Below are positions 37,861 to 47,341 of a stretch of DNA of 64,000 bases, one piece after another. Source of the stretch: an uncultured Chitinophagaceae bacterium. Its GTDB lineage: Bacteria > Bacteroidota > Bacteroidia > Chitinophagales > Chitinophagaceae. The DNA lies in NCBI GenBank assembly GCA_938017685.1, contig CALIIL010000085.1, forward strand, positions 2,819 through 66,818. The letters run 5' to 3'. How positions within the stretch are numbered: the stretch's first letter is position 1; each line of letters opens with the position of its first letter. The translations under genes and the position numbers were made by a program. The notes beneath the pieces were generated by a model. The model worked only from the letters and a program-made list of their open reading frames with translations. It was not told the DNA's origin and did not search any database.

Positions 37861-38371
37861 AAAAGTATATTTCTTTAAGGTTGTCTAAATTTATGTCCTG
37901 AGCTGTCACACTAAATGATGCCTTAGTATAGGACGGAAGCCGCTTATCTCGTAAGATGCATAGTAGTTGCTCTAGCTGTTCTGTCGAACCATTTTTTAGC
38001 AATGGTCTGTTGGCTTGCTTATCACTAGTAAGTTGCTTTATAATATTACTAATTGAAACATCTAAGAATACTGCCTTACTATTTGAATTAATAATATCCA
38101 TATTATTATCAAAAGCCGGCGTGCCACCACCACATGCCAATATATAATTAGTTACTGCATTGTTTTTATAGAATGCTGTAAGCATATTATGTTCTAATTT
38201 TCTAAAGTGCTCTTCACCATGTTCAGCAAATATTTGAGCAATCTTACGGCCAGTTTCTTTCTCTATCATTTGATCTAAGTCATGAAACGGTATAGCTAAG
38301 TGCTGAGCCAACTTATTACCCCAATAGGTCTTTCCGCAGCCTGGCAATCCAATAAAAGTAAGATTTGGCAT
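37853..38371 (-). CDS. aroK: shikimate kinase
   Basis: IGLPGCGKT Walker A, DLD motif, ACGGG block; 172 aa. Confidence 0.85.
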   Translation of the reverse strand: MPNLTFIGLPGCGKTYWGNKLAQHLAIPFHDLDQMIEKETGRKIAQIFAEHGEEHFRKLEHNMLTAFYKNNAVTNYILACGGGTPAFDNNMDIINSNSKAVFLDVSISNIIKQLTSDKQANRPLLKNGSTEQLEQLLCILRDKRLPSYTKASFSVTAQDINLDNLKEIYFYE

Positions 38372-38546
38372 AAATTATATATTTCAAGCTAGATTATACT
38401 CAAAATTACAATCGGAATGTGAGCTCCATGCGCTTGGTACGCTTGTTTATTTTATCTTATTAACATATTGTCTAAATAGGATGTGATTAGAAGGTAAAGA
38501 TTTTGAAGGAAAATTGAATTGGCTTAATTTGGCATTCCTATTAGAA

Positions 38547-39848
38547 ATGAAAAAGCTATACCTACTACTACTAATCCTTGTAGCAACTAATTGTATTACC
38601 TATGCACAGCAGTTTGAAGTTGTTAATGACTTTGGGGTGGACTGCATTATGCACCAAATTCAGGACAAAGAAACATTTTACAGCATAGCGGAGAAATATT
38701 TTGTTCGTCCATCAACATTAGCCATCTGTAACAACTTAGATGAAGATGTATCTATTGAAGGTAAGACTAGGTTGTATATTCCATTGACAGAGACTAACTA
38801 TTATAAGATTAGACAGACAGATCAAGGCAATACTGTATTTAGAGAACTAACACATCGGGTAAGAAAGGGACAAAATTTGAAGCAAATTATGCAAGAGTAT
38901 TTTGTATCAAAAGATCAATTACTTAATTGGAATGATCAAAATACAATTGATAGAATAGATGATGGACAAAAGTTGATCATTGGTTTTGTAAAATACGATT
39001 TAAAAAATGAATACGATGCTCCAATGTACATTGTTGAGGAGAAGTATGATTATGGCAACGAACGCGAGAAAGCAGAGGTAGAAGTAGACTATGGTGTTAC
39101 AAAATTAAAAAAAGTAAAAAAGAAAAGACTTAAAAGTATATACAATGGAATTAAGAATCCTAAACCTTCTAAAGAAGATCAAGTAGTTGCTGTTAATCAA
39201 ATTTCTGATGATGAACGCAACTTCTTAAAGAAGAACAAATCGAGAAAGAAAAAGGCAAAGAAAAAGGCAAAGAAAAAGGCAAAGGAAAAAATATTTACAA
39301 GTTCATACGCCAAACAAAAAGCAGAACGAGAAGAAGCTATTCAAAAAAGAATTGAGATCCGAAGAAAGGCAATTGCAAAAGAGAAGCGCAAACAGAATGC
39401 ACTTGCTCAGAAAGATATCTCACGCGAGCAAAAAATAAAGGAACGCTTAAGTAAAGCGAAAGCTAAGAAAAAAGAAGAGACCGATAAAGCATTAGCCTTA
39501 TCGACAGAGAAAAAAAGTAATCCTATTGTCGTTAAAACCGAAAAGGCGGATCCGTTTATAAGTACAAAACTTCAACGCCTAACACTACTTAAGAATACCA
39601 CTGGAAAAGCATCATTCTTCTACTCAGGAACCGCAGGAGCTAAGTTTTATGTCCTAACTAATTTGGCAAAAAAGGGTGGAATAATAAAGATTAAGAATAC
39701 ACAAAACGGGCGATTTATTTTGGCTGAGGTTATTGATTTCCTGCCAAGTTCAGATCGTGCTAAAGGTGTAACGATTAAGATTTCGGATAATGCTAAGTTG
39801 CCTTTAGGTACAAAGTCTAAATATTTTACAGCCAAGGTTTACTATTAG
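38547..39848 (+). CDS. secreted LysM-domain protein with lysine-rich central region and possible RlpA-like (DPBB) C-terminal domain
   Basis: Signal peptide MKKLYLLLLILVA. Two LysM-like segments (HQIQDKETFYSIAEKYFV...; HRVRKGQNLKQIMQEYFV...). K-rich low-complexity middle. C-terminal GKASFFYSG...NTQNGRFILAEVID weakly resembles RlpA. Confidence 0.6.
   Translation: MKKLYLLLLILVATNCITYAQQFEVVNDFGVDCIMHQIQDKETFYSIAEKYFVRPSTLAICNNLDEDVSIEGKTRLYIPLTETNYYKIRQTDQGNTVFRELTHRVRKGQNLKQIMQEYFVSKDQLLNWNDQNTIDRIDDGQKLIIGFVKYDLKNEYDAPMYIVEEKYDYGNEREKAEVEVDYGVTKLKKVKKKRLKSIYNGIKNPKPSKEDQVVAVNQISDDERNFLKKNKSRKKKAKKKAKKKAKEKIFTSSYAKQKAEREEAIQKRIEIRRKAIAKEKRKQNALAQKDISREQKIKERLSKAKAKKKEETDKALALSTEKKSNPIVVKTEKADPFISTKLQRLTLLKNTTGKASFFYSGTAGAKFYVLTNLAKKGGIIKIKNTQNGRFILAEVIDFLPSSDRAKGVTIKISDNAKLPLGTKSKYFTAKVYY
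39248..39283 (+). repeat. three perfect 12-bp tandem units (gaaaaaggcaaa) encoding KKAK repeats
   Basis: Counted directly in the sequence. Confidence 0.9.
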
Positions 39849-39849
39849 T

Positions 39850-40881
39850 ATGAAAATTTTAATTATTCGCTTTTCATCTATTGGAGATATTGTCTTGACT
39901 ACGCCCTTGATGCGAAATATAAAAAAGACGTACCCAAATGCTCAAATTCATTTTCTAACAAAGAAAAAGTACGCGCAAATTCTCGAAGCCAATCCTTATA
40001 TTGATCAGTTTCATTTGCTAGAAAGTGATTTGCGCGAGATGGTTTTTGAGTTATTACCTGAGAAGTTTGATTTTATTTTTGACTTACATAATAACTATCG
40101 TTCAAGTTATATTAAATCAATGTTGCGTCAAGCAGCTAATAGTGATGTTCAAATTACGAGTGTAAATAAGTTAAATGGCAAGAAGTTTCTTTACACGAAA
40201 CTCAAACTCAATACATTGCCCGATAAAAGCATCGTTGATCGTTATATGCATACTGCGCGCAAGCTAAAAATTGCCAATGACGGTCAAGGCTTAGATTATT
40301 TTATTCCAGAAGAAGAAAAAATTGATCCAAAAGACTTACCGATGAGCCATAGTGCTGGTTATATATCTTTTGTTATTGGCGGGGCGCATAACACTAAAAA
40401 AATGCCAGTTGAGAAATGGATCGCATTATGTGAAGCCATTGATTATCCCATAATACTTCAAGGGGGGCAAGCGGACCAGGCAATAGGAGAGGAGATTAAG
40501 AAACTTGATCCAATTCGTATTTATAATAGTTGTGGAAAGTTCTCATTGCACGAAAGTGCCGATATTATACGATATGCCAAAGTAGTGGTAACGCACGATA
40601 CTGGTTTAATGCATATTGCGGCAGCCTTTAAGCGCAATATTGTATCCATTTGGGGTAACACATCCCCGGCTTTTGGCATGTTTCCATATTTTGGTTACAA
40701 TAATATTAAAAGTACCATTGCGCCTAATTCAATCATCATTGAAAATAATTCATTAGGTTGCAGACCATGCAGTAAGATTGGTTATGAAAAATGCCCAAAG
40801 AAACATTTTAAATGCATGAATACTATAGAAATTGCTGAGATTAAAGCAGCGGTAGAATCGTTTTTGAAAAAAAAGGATTAA
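39850..40881 (+). CDS. glycosyltransferase family 9 (heptosyltransferase-like)
   Basis: [19 protein letters not shown] start and a [12 protein letters not shown] block. Confidence 0.85.
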   Translation: MKILIIRFSSIGDIVLTTPLMRNIKKTYPNAQIHFLTKKKYAQILEANPYIDQFHLLESDLREMVFELLPEKFDFIFDLHNNYRSSYIKSMLRQAANSDVQITSVNKLNGKKFLYTKLKLNTLPDKSIVDRYMHTARKLKIANDGQGLDYFIPEEEKIDPKDLPMSHSAGYISFVIGGAHNTKKMPVEKWIALCEAIDYPIILQGGQADQAIGEEIKKLDPIRIYNSCGKFSLHESADIIRYAKVVVTHDTGLMHIAAAFKRNIVSIWGNTSPAFGMFPYFGYNNIKSTIAPNSIIIENNSLGCRPCSKIGYEKCPKKHFKCMNTIEIAEIKAAVESFLKKKD

Positions 40882-41588
40882 GCTAAGTTGTGATATACCT
40901 TTTGTACATCTTCATCTTCTTCTAATTTAGCCACTAACTCCAATACTTCATTAGCCTGCTCTTCTTCTAAGCTAACTGTTGTAGTAGGAATATAGGTTGG
41001 TTCAGAATTAATAAGCTCAATTTTTCTTTCTTCAAGAAATTCACTCATGCTTCCAAAGTCTGTGAAGTTTGTTCTGATAATAATGTTGCCATCTTCATCT
41101 TCTCCAATATCTTCCATACCATAATCAATACCTTCTAATTCAAACTCTTCTAAGTTTATATCTTCATTCTTGACCTTAAATTCGCCCATGCGTACAAATT
41201 GAAATGCAACACTTCCGCTATTTCCCATAGAACCATTTCCTTTATTAAAGATCATACGCACATTAGCAACAGTACGTGTGCCATTATCGGTTGCGCTTTC
41301 TACTAGTACAGCAACACCGTGTGGTGCGTAACCTTCATAAAGAATTTCGTCATACCCAGTGGTGTCCTTACCCATGGCACGCTTAATAGCCGCTTCAACA
41401 CGGTCTTTAGGCATATTTACAGACTTGGCATTTTGATAACAACGACGTAATGCAGCATTGGTATCAGGGTCTGGACCGCCAGCTTTTACAGCAATGATTA
41501 TTTCTTTTCCAATACGTGTAAATTGCTTGGCCATTTTGTCATAACGAGCAAACATGGCTGCTTTTCTTACTTCAAATATTCGTCCCAT
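40878..41588 (-). CDS. YebC/PmpR family DNA-binding transcriptional regulator
   Basis: Blocks [22 protein letters not shown] and [10 protein letters not shown]. Confidence 0.9.
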   Translation of the reverse strand: MGRIFEVRKAAMFARYDKMAKQFTRIGKEIIIAVKAGGPDPDTNAALRRCYQNAKSVNMPKDRVEAAIKRAMGKDTTGYDEILYEGYAPHGVAVLVESATDNGTRTVANVRMIFNKGNGSMGNSGSVAFQFVRMGEFKVKNEDINLEEFELEGIDYGMEDIGEDEDGNIIIRTNFTDFGSMSEFLEERKIELINSEPTYIPTTTVSLEEEQANEVLELVAKLEEDEDVQKVYHNLA

Positions 41589-41635
41589 AGTGTAAATTTA
41601 AGAAATGCCCAGAAGGAAAAAAAAATAACTAAGAA

Positions 41636-42187
41636 TTACTTCCAAGTAGCTTTAAACTCAGATTGATATTTGTTCCAAGGCATTTTTTTGTGTTTGTTTT
41701 CTCCAATGTATTTAGCGGTCATTTCCATTTTGGACACATCCAAATAACCAGGAACGGGCTGGCCGTTAGTAAATTTTTCATCAAAGAAAATAGAAGTAGG
41801 AAACGATAATTGCCCCTTCATTAATTCAATGGCAAGGTCATTGGCTTTGTACTCTTTATTATACTCGTATTTTTTTCCTTTAAATTCTATTGCGCTTTTT
41901 GATTCGGCATTGTACTTAATGCAGTAAAAGTTTTCATTCATATATTCAATAACATGTTTGTTGGCAAATGTTTTCTTATCCATAACCTTGCACCAGCCAC
42001 AGCGTGAAGTATACATATCCACGAATGCTTTTTTAGGCGTTGTTTTCATTCTTGCTTGTGCTTCTTCAAAAGTCATCCATTGAATACCACCCTTGCTAGC
42101 AGGTGTTGCGTGTAAGGTGCTACTATCTTTGCTAAGAAAGAAAAGACTTAGAGTAACTAAAGTGATTATGCTAACAGCGTATTTCAT
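41636..42187 (-). CDS. secreted thioredoxin-fold protein (DUF255/thioredoxin family)
   Basis: Signal peptide plus a CGWC redox motif. Confidence 0.7.
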   Translation of the reverse strand: MKYAVSIITLVTLSLFFLSKDSSTLHATPASKGGIQWMTFEEAQARMKTTPKKAFVDMYTSRCGWCKVMDKKTFANKHVIEYMNENFYCIKYNAESKSAIEFKGKKYEYNKEYKANDLAIELMKGQLSFPTSIFFDEKFTNGQPVPGYLDVSKMEMTAKYIGENKHKKMPWNKYQSEFKATWK

Positions 42188-42300
42188 ATTCCTATATTTA
42201 TATCTTATTTATTAGTATAGCTTTGTATCAAATATATTTTAGAACGTTTTTATTCAAATGAATATTGTGTTTTAAAGTAAATGATTAACAACTAACTATT

Positions 42301-42855
42301 ATGAGACGAAAAATTGCGGTCGGAGTTACAGGAGCATCGGGTTCTATTTATGCTAAAGTTTTGTTGGACAAACTTTCTCGCTACGAAGATATTGAGTTGG
42401 GTGTGGTGATGAGCAAGAATGCCCAAGACGTATGGGAGTACGAATTAGATAATAGAGACTTCGAAAACTATGATTTTAAATTCTATGAGCCCAATGATTA
42501 CTATGCACCTTTTGCAAGCGGTAGTAGTAGTTTTGATTCATTAGTTGTTTGTCCTTGTAGTATGGGTACATTAGGTCGTATTGCTAGTGGAACATCAGAT
42601 AATTTAATAGCAAGAGCTGCAGATGTAATGTTGAAAGAACGTCGCAAATTATTGTGCGTTGTTCGAGACACGCCTTATAATTTAATTCATATTAATAATA
42701 TGAAAACGGTAACGGAAGCCGGCGGTATTATTTGCCCAGCCTCGCCATCCTATTATTCTAAGCCAACCAACTTTGAAGAGTTAACGGCCACCGTGGTTGA
42801 TCGTGTTATTCAGTTATTAGACTTGCCTATTGATACGTATCGTTGGAGTGAATAA
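42301..42855 (+). CDS. ubiX: flavin prenyltransferase UbiX
   Basis: Blocks IAVGVTGASGSIYA, CPCSMGTLG and PASPSYYS. Confidence 0.9.
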   Translation: MRRKIAVGVTGASGSIYAKVLLDKLSRYEDIELGVVMSKNAQDVWEYELDNRDFENYDFKFYEPNDYYAPFASGSSSFDSLVVCPCSMGTLGRIASGTSDNLIARAADVMLKERRKLLCVVRDTPYNLIHINNMKTVTEAGGIICPASPSYYSKPTNFEELTATVVDRVIQLLDLPIDTYRWSE

Positions 42856-42859
42856 TGTA

Positions 42860-44092
42860 TTAAGCCAATTTCTTAGAAAGCTTACCTACTGTTAAGCCCT
42901 GAACGAGTATAGAGAAGCACACAACAAAATAAGTGATGGTTACAAACAAACTCTTATTTAAATCTGCTGAAAGTGATAGTGCTAAGGCTATTGAAATTCC
43001 ACCGCGTAATCCTCCCCAAGAAAGAACGACTAACGTTTTAGAAGGGATCTTTTCTTTGAAACGAATGAGTAAGGATGGCACATAAAGACTGAAATAGCGC
43101 GTAACTAATGAAATAACAATGGCGAGTACGCTTAACATTATCATTGTAGGATTAATATTTACAATTAAGAATTCCAGTCCTATTAATACGAATAGGAGTG
43201 CATTTAAAATTTCATCTATAATCTCCCAGAATTTATCAATGTAGTCAGCGGTAATATTACTCATGCCTAACTCCTTACCTTGGTTACCTGTAATAAGACC
43301 AGCCACAACCATGGCCAATGGTCCAGATACATGTAAGAAATGTGCTAAGGTATATCCACCCATAACAACCGCTAAGGTGATGATTACCTCAACAGTATAG
43401 TTGTCTATACTTGATATTAATTTATAACCCAGATAACCAAAAACAAGACCGAGTATTAAACCGCCAATGGCTTCTTGTGCGAATAATGTGATAATATCCA
43501 TCGCATGAAACTCGCCCGTACTGCTTTGTGCAATATGTAATATGGACAGGAACACAACTACTGCAACACCATCATTGAACAACGATTCTCCAGCTATTTT
43601 CGTTTCTAAAGATTTAGACACTCCTGCTTTTTTTAATATACTCAATACCGCAATGGGGTCAGTAGGAGAGAGCAATGAACCAAAGAGTAGACATTGAATA
43701 AAAGGAACAGAAAAGCCGAATAAAGGAAGCAGATAATAGAATACACCACCTAATACAAAGGTTGAAATCATGACGCTCATTGTTGAGAAGAGTATAATAC
43801 TGAGCTTCTCTTGTTTTAAATCTTCAAAGCGAATATGAATGGCACCTGCAAAAAGCATAAAGCTTAAGAGTACATCCAGCAATAATTCTGAAAAGTTAAA
43901 TAGACCTAGCCATTCCATAGTTTGCGCTTTAAAGGCTGGACTAAAATAGCCTGCAACAATAAGCGTTATAGAGAATAGGATAGACACAAACATCAAGCCT
44001 ATGGCATTCGGCAACTTCACATATCTATGGTTAACATAGGCAAATACAGCAACGATTACAATAAGAATAGAGAATAAATCAAATACACCCAT
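42860..44092 (-). CDS. cation:proton antiporter (Na+/H+ exchanger, CPA1/NhaP-like)
   Basis: 410-aa polytopic protein with SPTDPIAV and ESLFNDG blocks. Confidence 0.85.
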   Translation of the reverse strand: MGVFDLFSILIVIVAVFAYVNHRYVKLPNAIGLMFVSILFSITLIVAGYFSPAFKAQTMEWLGLFNFSELLLDVLLSFMLFAGAIHIRFEDLKQEKLSIILFSTMSVMISTFVLGGVFYYLLPLFGFSVPFIQCLLFGSLLSPTDPIAVLSILKKAGVSKSLETKIAGESLFNDGVAVVVFLSILHIAQSSTGEFHAMDIITLFAQEAIGGLILGLVFGYLGYKLISSIDNYTVEVIITLAVVMGGYTLAHFLHVSGPLAMVVAGLITGNQGKELGMSNITADYIDKFWEIIDEILNALLFVLIGLEFLIVNINPTMIMLSVLAIVISLVTRYFSLYVPSLLIRFKEKIPSKTLVVLSWGGLRGGISIALALSLSADLNKSLFVTITYFVVCFSILVQGLTVGKLSKKLA

Positions 44093-44107
44093 AAGAGTGC
44101 TAAGGTA

Positions 44108-45013
44108 TTATTTATTATTGTAAGCTAAGGTATGCTCCTCCAAAATACGAGCTCCTGCTTTTAATTTTTCAATTTCACTAGCTGTGCAATCACTTAAATC
44201 ACCTTGTGAGAATTCTCCATTAGAAAAACGAACTGCCGAACTAAAACATATTGGCTCACACGCTAATAGTGAGCAGTTATTTGCATTTAAGATTAAACCT
44301 GCCGGCAAGGTTCTTTCTTGTTTAAAGTAAATGGCTTTAAAAATACCAACGGCACACTTTGAGATGGCATACTTCGTATACTCACCGGCGGTGCGTATTT
44401 TGTACGGAGCATTTATAGCTAATACGGCCGCTTCTTCTACTTTGGCTTCATCACCAGCTACATTATCAATCGTTATTTTTGAGTGAGCAGTTACGGCGCT
44501 ATTCCCATGTTCGCCCAATAACATGCCGCTAATTTTATTGATAGGTGTATCGAACAATTGGGATAAGTAGTATTCAAAACGCAAACTTTCCAAATAAGTC
44601 CCTGTACCGATTACGCGGTTTTGATTTAAACCACTCGCTTTCCAAGCATGATAGGTTATTACATCTACCGGGTTGGTTACGACTATAAGACGAGCATTTT
44701 CTTTAGCTTTATAGTTCTCAAAAAGTTTGTACACCATATTTACGTGGCCTTCGGCCTTGGCTAGGCGATCGCCAATAGTTGTGGCTTGCTCCGCTGCGCA
44801 AATAAAAATATAATCTGCTTCATTTAACATAAACTCATTCCAACTAATAGTTACCAACTTGGCAAAACTCGTTGCATGCCGTAAGTCTTGTTTTATAGCA
44901 TCAATCTCAGGTGCAGGATCTTGAATGTCTATATGCATAGCTATGTCCAAATCTATCAATTCTTTAACAACGGTGCGACCTACATTACCTGTGCCTATAA
45001 CTGAGATGTTCAT
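44108..45013 (-). CDS. lactate/malate dehydrogenase family oxidoreductase
   Basis: MNISVIGTGNVG Rossmann start, VTNPVD block, GEHG catalytic His block. Start moved to ATG 45013, supported by the -7 box at 45030-45037. Confidence 0.75.
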   Translation of the reverse strand: MNISVIGTGNVGRTVVKELIDLDIAMHIDIQDPAPEIDAIKQDLRHATSFAKLVTISWNEFMLNEADYIFICAAEQATTIGDRLAKAEGHVNMVYKLFENYKAKENARLIVVTNPVDVITYHAWKASGLNQNRVIGTGTYLESLRFEYYLSQLFDTPINKISGMLLGEHGNSAVTAHSKITIDNVAGDEAKVEEAAVLAINAPYKIRTAGEYTKYAISKCAVGIFKAIYFKQERTLPAGLILNANNCSLLACEPICFSSAVRFSNGEFSQGDLSDCTASEIEKLKAGARILEEHTLAYNNK

Positions 45014-45029
45014 ATTAAGTATTAAGATG

Positions 45030-45037
45030 CAAATGTA
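45030..45037 (-). promoter_or_regulatory. Bacteroidetes -7 box (TACATTTG) upstream of the LDH/MDH-family gene
   Basis: Exact TAnnTTTG on the minus strand, 17 nt upstream of ATG 45013. Confidence 0.4.
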
Positions 45038-45143
45038 AAACACACGCCCAGAATATATTCTTCTCCCAACCCTTTTATCCATAATTACGTCTTATTGTAT
45101 AAACTCAGTTAAAATCAAACATTTATACTTCATTACATTTATT

Positions 45144-45815
45144 ATGCTCTTTAGTTTTGGGGCATCTTACGGCCAAAATTGCTCAGTTACATTGCCTGCT
45201 ACTACTATTGTATTACAAAATGATACGACCATAGTATCGACGAATACAGGCAGTACATTAAACCAAGCTTATCTCCCTTGTAAATCCTTAAAGCTAGATT
45301 CTACGAGTACGGTTCAAAACTTAATTGTGCTGCGCCCAGGAACTACATTTATTTCTGATAGTCTGTCAACAGTCTTTGGAGGTTATTTCATATATGCCGA
45401 CTCGGGTGCTACGGTGGATATGAATCATAAAACAGCCATCTCACTTTATTATAAAAGCGGTGCAATATTATTAGACACGAATCAATCATCTTCTATATTA
45501 TGTCCCAACATTACCATGGATTTTGCTCAAATGACAGCTAACCCTAATTGTTCCTTTGCTTTGGGAATGAAAGAAAGAAGCTCATTAAATAGCTTAAGTG
45601 TATATGATAAAACGAATGAATGGACCGTGGCAATACCTCATGTTTCAGGTCAAACCTTTTGGACCTTATTCTCTATCGATGGTAAAGTAGTTAAAACAGG
45701 TTTTAGCAATGCTAAACAAATTAGTATAGATAAAACGGACTTGCAAACAAACTTATATATCCTTCAGTTACAAAATGGAACGAGCGGAAAACGTATTAAA
45801 TTATTGAATTATTAA
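45144..45815 (+). CDS. small T9SS cargo protein with type A (Por secretion tail) C-terminal sorting domain; start codon problematic
   Basis: C-terminal WTLFSIDGKVVKTGF....ISIDKTDL..NLYILQLQ.....RIKLL resembles a T9SS type A CTD. From the first ATG, the N-terminus keeps only the end of a signal peptide. Confidence 0.55.
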   Translation: MLFSFGASYGQNCSVTLPATTIVLQNDTTIVSTNTGSTLNQAYLPCKSLKLDSTSTVQNLIVLRPGTTFISDSLSTVFGGYFIYADSGATVDMNHKTAISLYYKSGAILLDTNQSSSILCPNITMDFAQMTANPNCSFALGMKERSSLNSLSVYDKTNEWTVAIPHVSGQTFWTLFSIDGKVVKTGFSNAKQISIDKTDLQTNLYILQLQNGTSGKRIKLLNY

Positions 45816-45842
45816 GTATTTTTTTTAGGCCTACTAGAAAGA

Positions 45843-45872
45843 GGACCGAGCGTTATGCTTGGTCCTTTTTTG
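45843..45872 (+). terminator. rho-independent terminator after the small T9SS cargo gene
   Basis: 10-bp stem aggaccgagc/gcttggtcct (one G-U) with a 5-nt loop, then T6. Confidence 0.65.
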
Positions 45873-45886
45873 TATATTTATATCTC

Positions 45887-46222
45887 ATGCGTAAGTACTT
45901 ATTAGTTATTGCACCTTTGTGTTTAGGCGCATTCATTTATTGGGTGCGACCGCTTTTTGTACCCTGGTCTTATGTGCGCAATTTTATTCCTGATGCTTGT
46001 TGGGCTTTTTCATTTACTTACGCTTTTTTTCTTTTATGGAAAGGAGAGTTGTCTCTTGCAATAAGAATGATTCCCATTTTACTATTTCTAGCTTTTGAGT
46101 TTATGCAAAAGTTTGAGATAATAACAGGCACTTTTGATTTGATTGATTGCCTCGCCTATATTTTATCTTATCTTTTAGCTTCAGTTATATTTCGTTATTA
46201 TGAACAGGAAAAAGATATTTAG
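45887..46222 (+). CDS. small membrane protein (DUF2809-like, tentative)
   Basis: 111 aa, 3-4 TM segments. Overlaps the next gene by 23 nt. Confidence 0.5.
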   Translation: MRKYLLVIAPLCLGAFIYWVRPLFVPWSYVRNFIPDACWAFSFTYAFFLLWKGELSLAIRMIPILLFLAFEFMQKFEIITGTFDLIDCLAYILSYLLASVIFRYYEQEKDI

Positions 46223-47324
46223 TATTGGCTTGTTAGCTATCTATTTTATTATGGGTGTGGCCACTTCCCAAGCGCCAAGACATATGGCTTCGGATACAGA
46301 ATTGAGCCCAGTGAATATTAATCACTCCAAGCATATATTGTATTACGAGCCTTTTAATTCCAATAAAAACAATTGGCCTGAAGGGCAATTCGATAGCATT
46401 GAGCATTACTTTGACAATGGAAAATATATCTTTTCTAATCAAGCAACACAAGCATTAAGTATTCAGAATATTTATCCCGACAAAGTCCTCATTGAATCAA
46501 AAGATTGGGTTTATGAAACGGAATTCTCTATAAAGTCGCAAGAACAAAATGGTACAGCTTATTTACTCTGGGGCAAAAATGGATTAGATTTTGAAGGCTT
46601 TGGTTTTTCACAAGAAAATAATCAATCATACATCTGGCACGGCAAGCGGGTAGCGGGCGAATGGACAGGAAGTAAAACAGCAGTCAACCATTACACTAAG
46701 AATAATACCAGCATATTATTAAGCGTGCATAAAGTAAATGACCGATTAGATTTTTATTTGAATAGACGCTTAAGATTTTCTAAGCCCGTCTCTCCTTTCG
46801 CAGGGAACGAATTAGCCATTGCCGTAGAAGGACAGATGGATGTTGCTTTTGATCAAATAACGCTCAAGCAATTACAATTTTTAAACGATGGCAAGAGCTA
46901 TAGCACCGACCGAAGTAGAGTAAATTATAGTGAAGAGAATAAAGAGTTGGTACCTATGCGTAAAGTAGGCGAGAACTATTTAATACCCATCTATATCAAT
47001 GGAGCAATAAGCGCGCAGTTTGCTTATGATCAATGGACAGCTGATGTTATTGTGTCAGAAGCCTTAGCAGAGCGTTTGATAAAAAGTGGCACAGTAACCG
47101 ATTGGATAGGAGAGGATAGTTATCGATTAAAAAATAAGAGTATAGCTAAATCCTCACGCTTTATATTGAACACCTTGAAGGTCGGAAAGAGAAGTGTACA
47201 AGATGTAGAATGTATGATTGTTCCCAATGCTAAAGCTGAAATGCTTATTGGAACTTCGGTGCTATCTCAATTAGGAACGTATAGATTGGATACTAAGAAT
47301 GGTGTATTGGTGTTTGATGAGTAG
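46200..47324 (+). CDS. membrane-anchored/secreted protein: jelly-roll (DUF1080/LamG-like) region plus C-terminal retropepsin-like domain with altered active-site motif
   Basis: N-terminal hydrophobic anchor. The C-terminal IYINGAISAQFAYDQWTADVIVSEALAERL...LKVG...V.DVECMIVP......LIGTSVLSQL aligns with bacterial clan AA aspartic protease domains, with DQW in place of DTG at 47028-47036. Confidence 0.5.
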   Translation: MNRKKIFSIGLLAIYFIMGVATSQAPRHMASDTELSPVNINHSKHILYYEPFNSNKNNWPEGQFDSIEHYFDNGKYIFSNQATQALSIQNIYPDKVLIESKDWVYETEFSIKSQEQNGTAYLLWGKNGLDFEGFGFSQENNQSYIWHGKRVAGEWTGSKTAVNHYTKNNTSILLSVHKVNDRLDFYLNRRLRFSKPVSPFAGNELAIAVEGQMDVAFDQITLKQLQFLNDGKSYSTDRSRVNYSEENKELVPMRKVGENYLIPIYINGAISAQFAYDQWTADVIVSEALAERLIKSGTVTDWIGEDSYRLKNKSIAKSSRFILNTLKVGKRSVQDVECMIVPNAKAEMLIGTSVLSQLGTYRLDTKNGVLVFDE

Positions 47325-47341
47325 TATCTTTTAATTAAATT

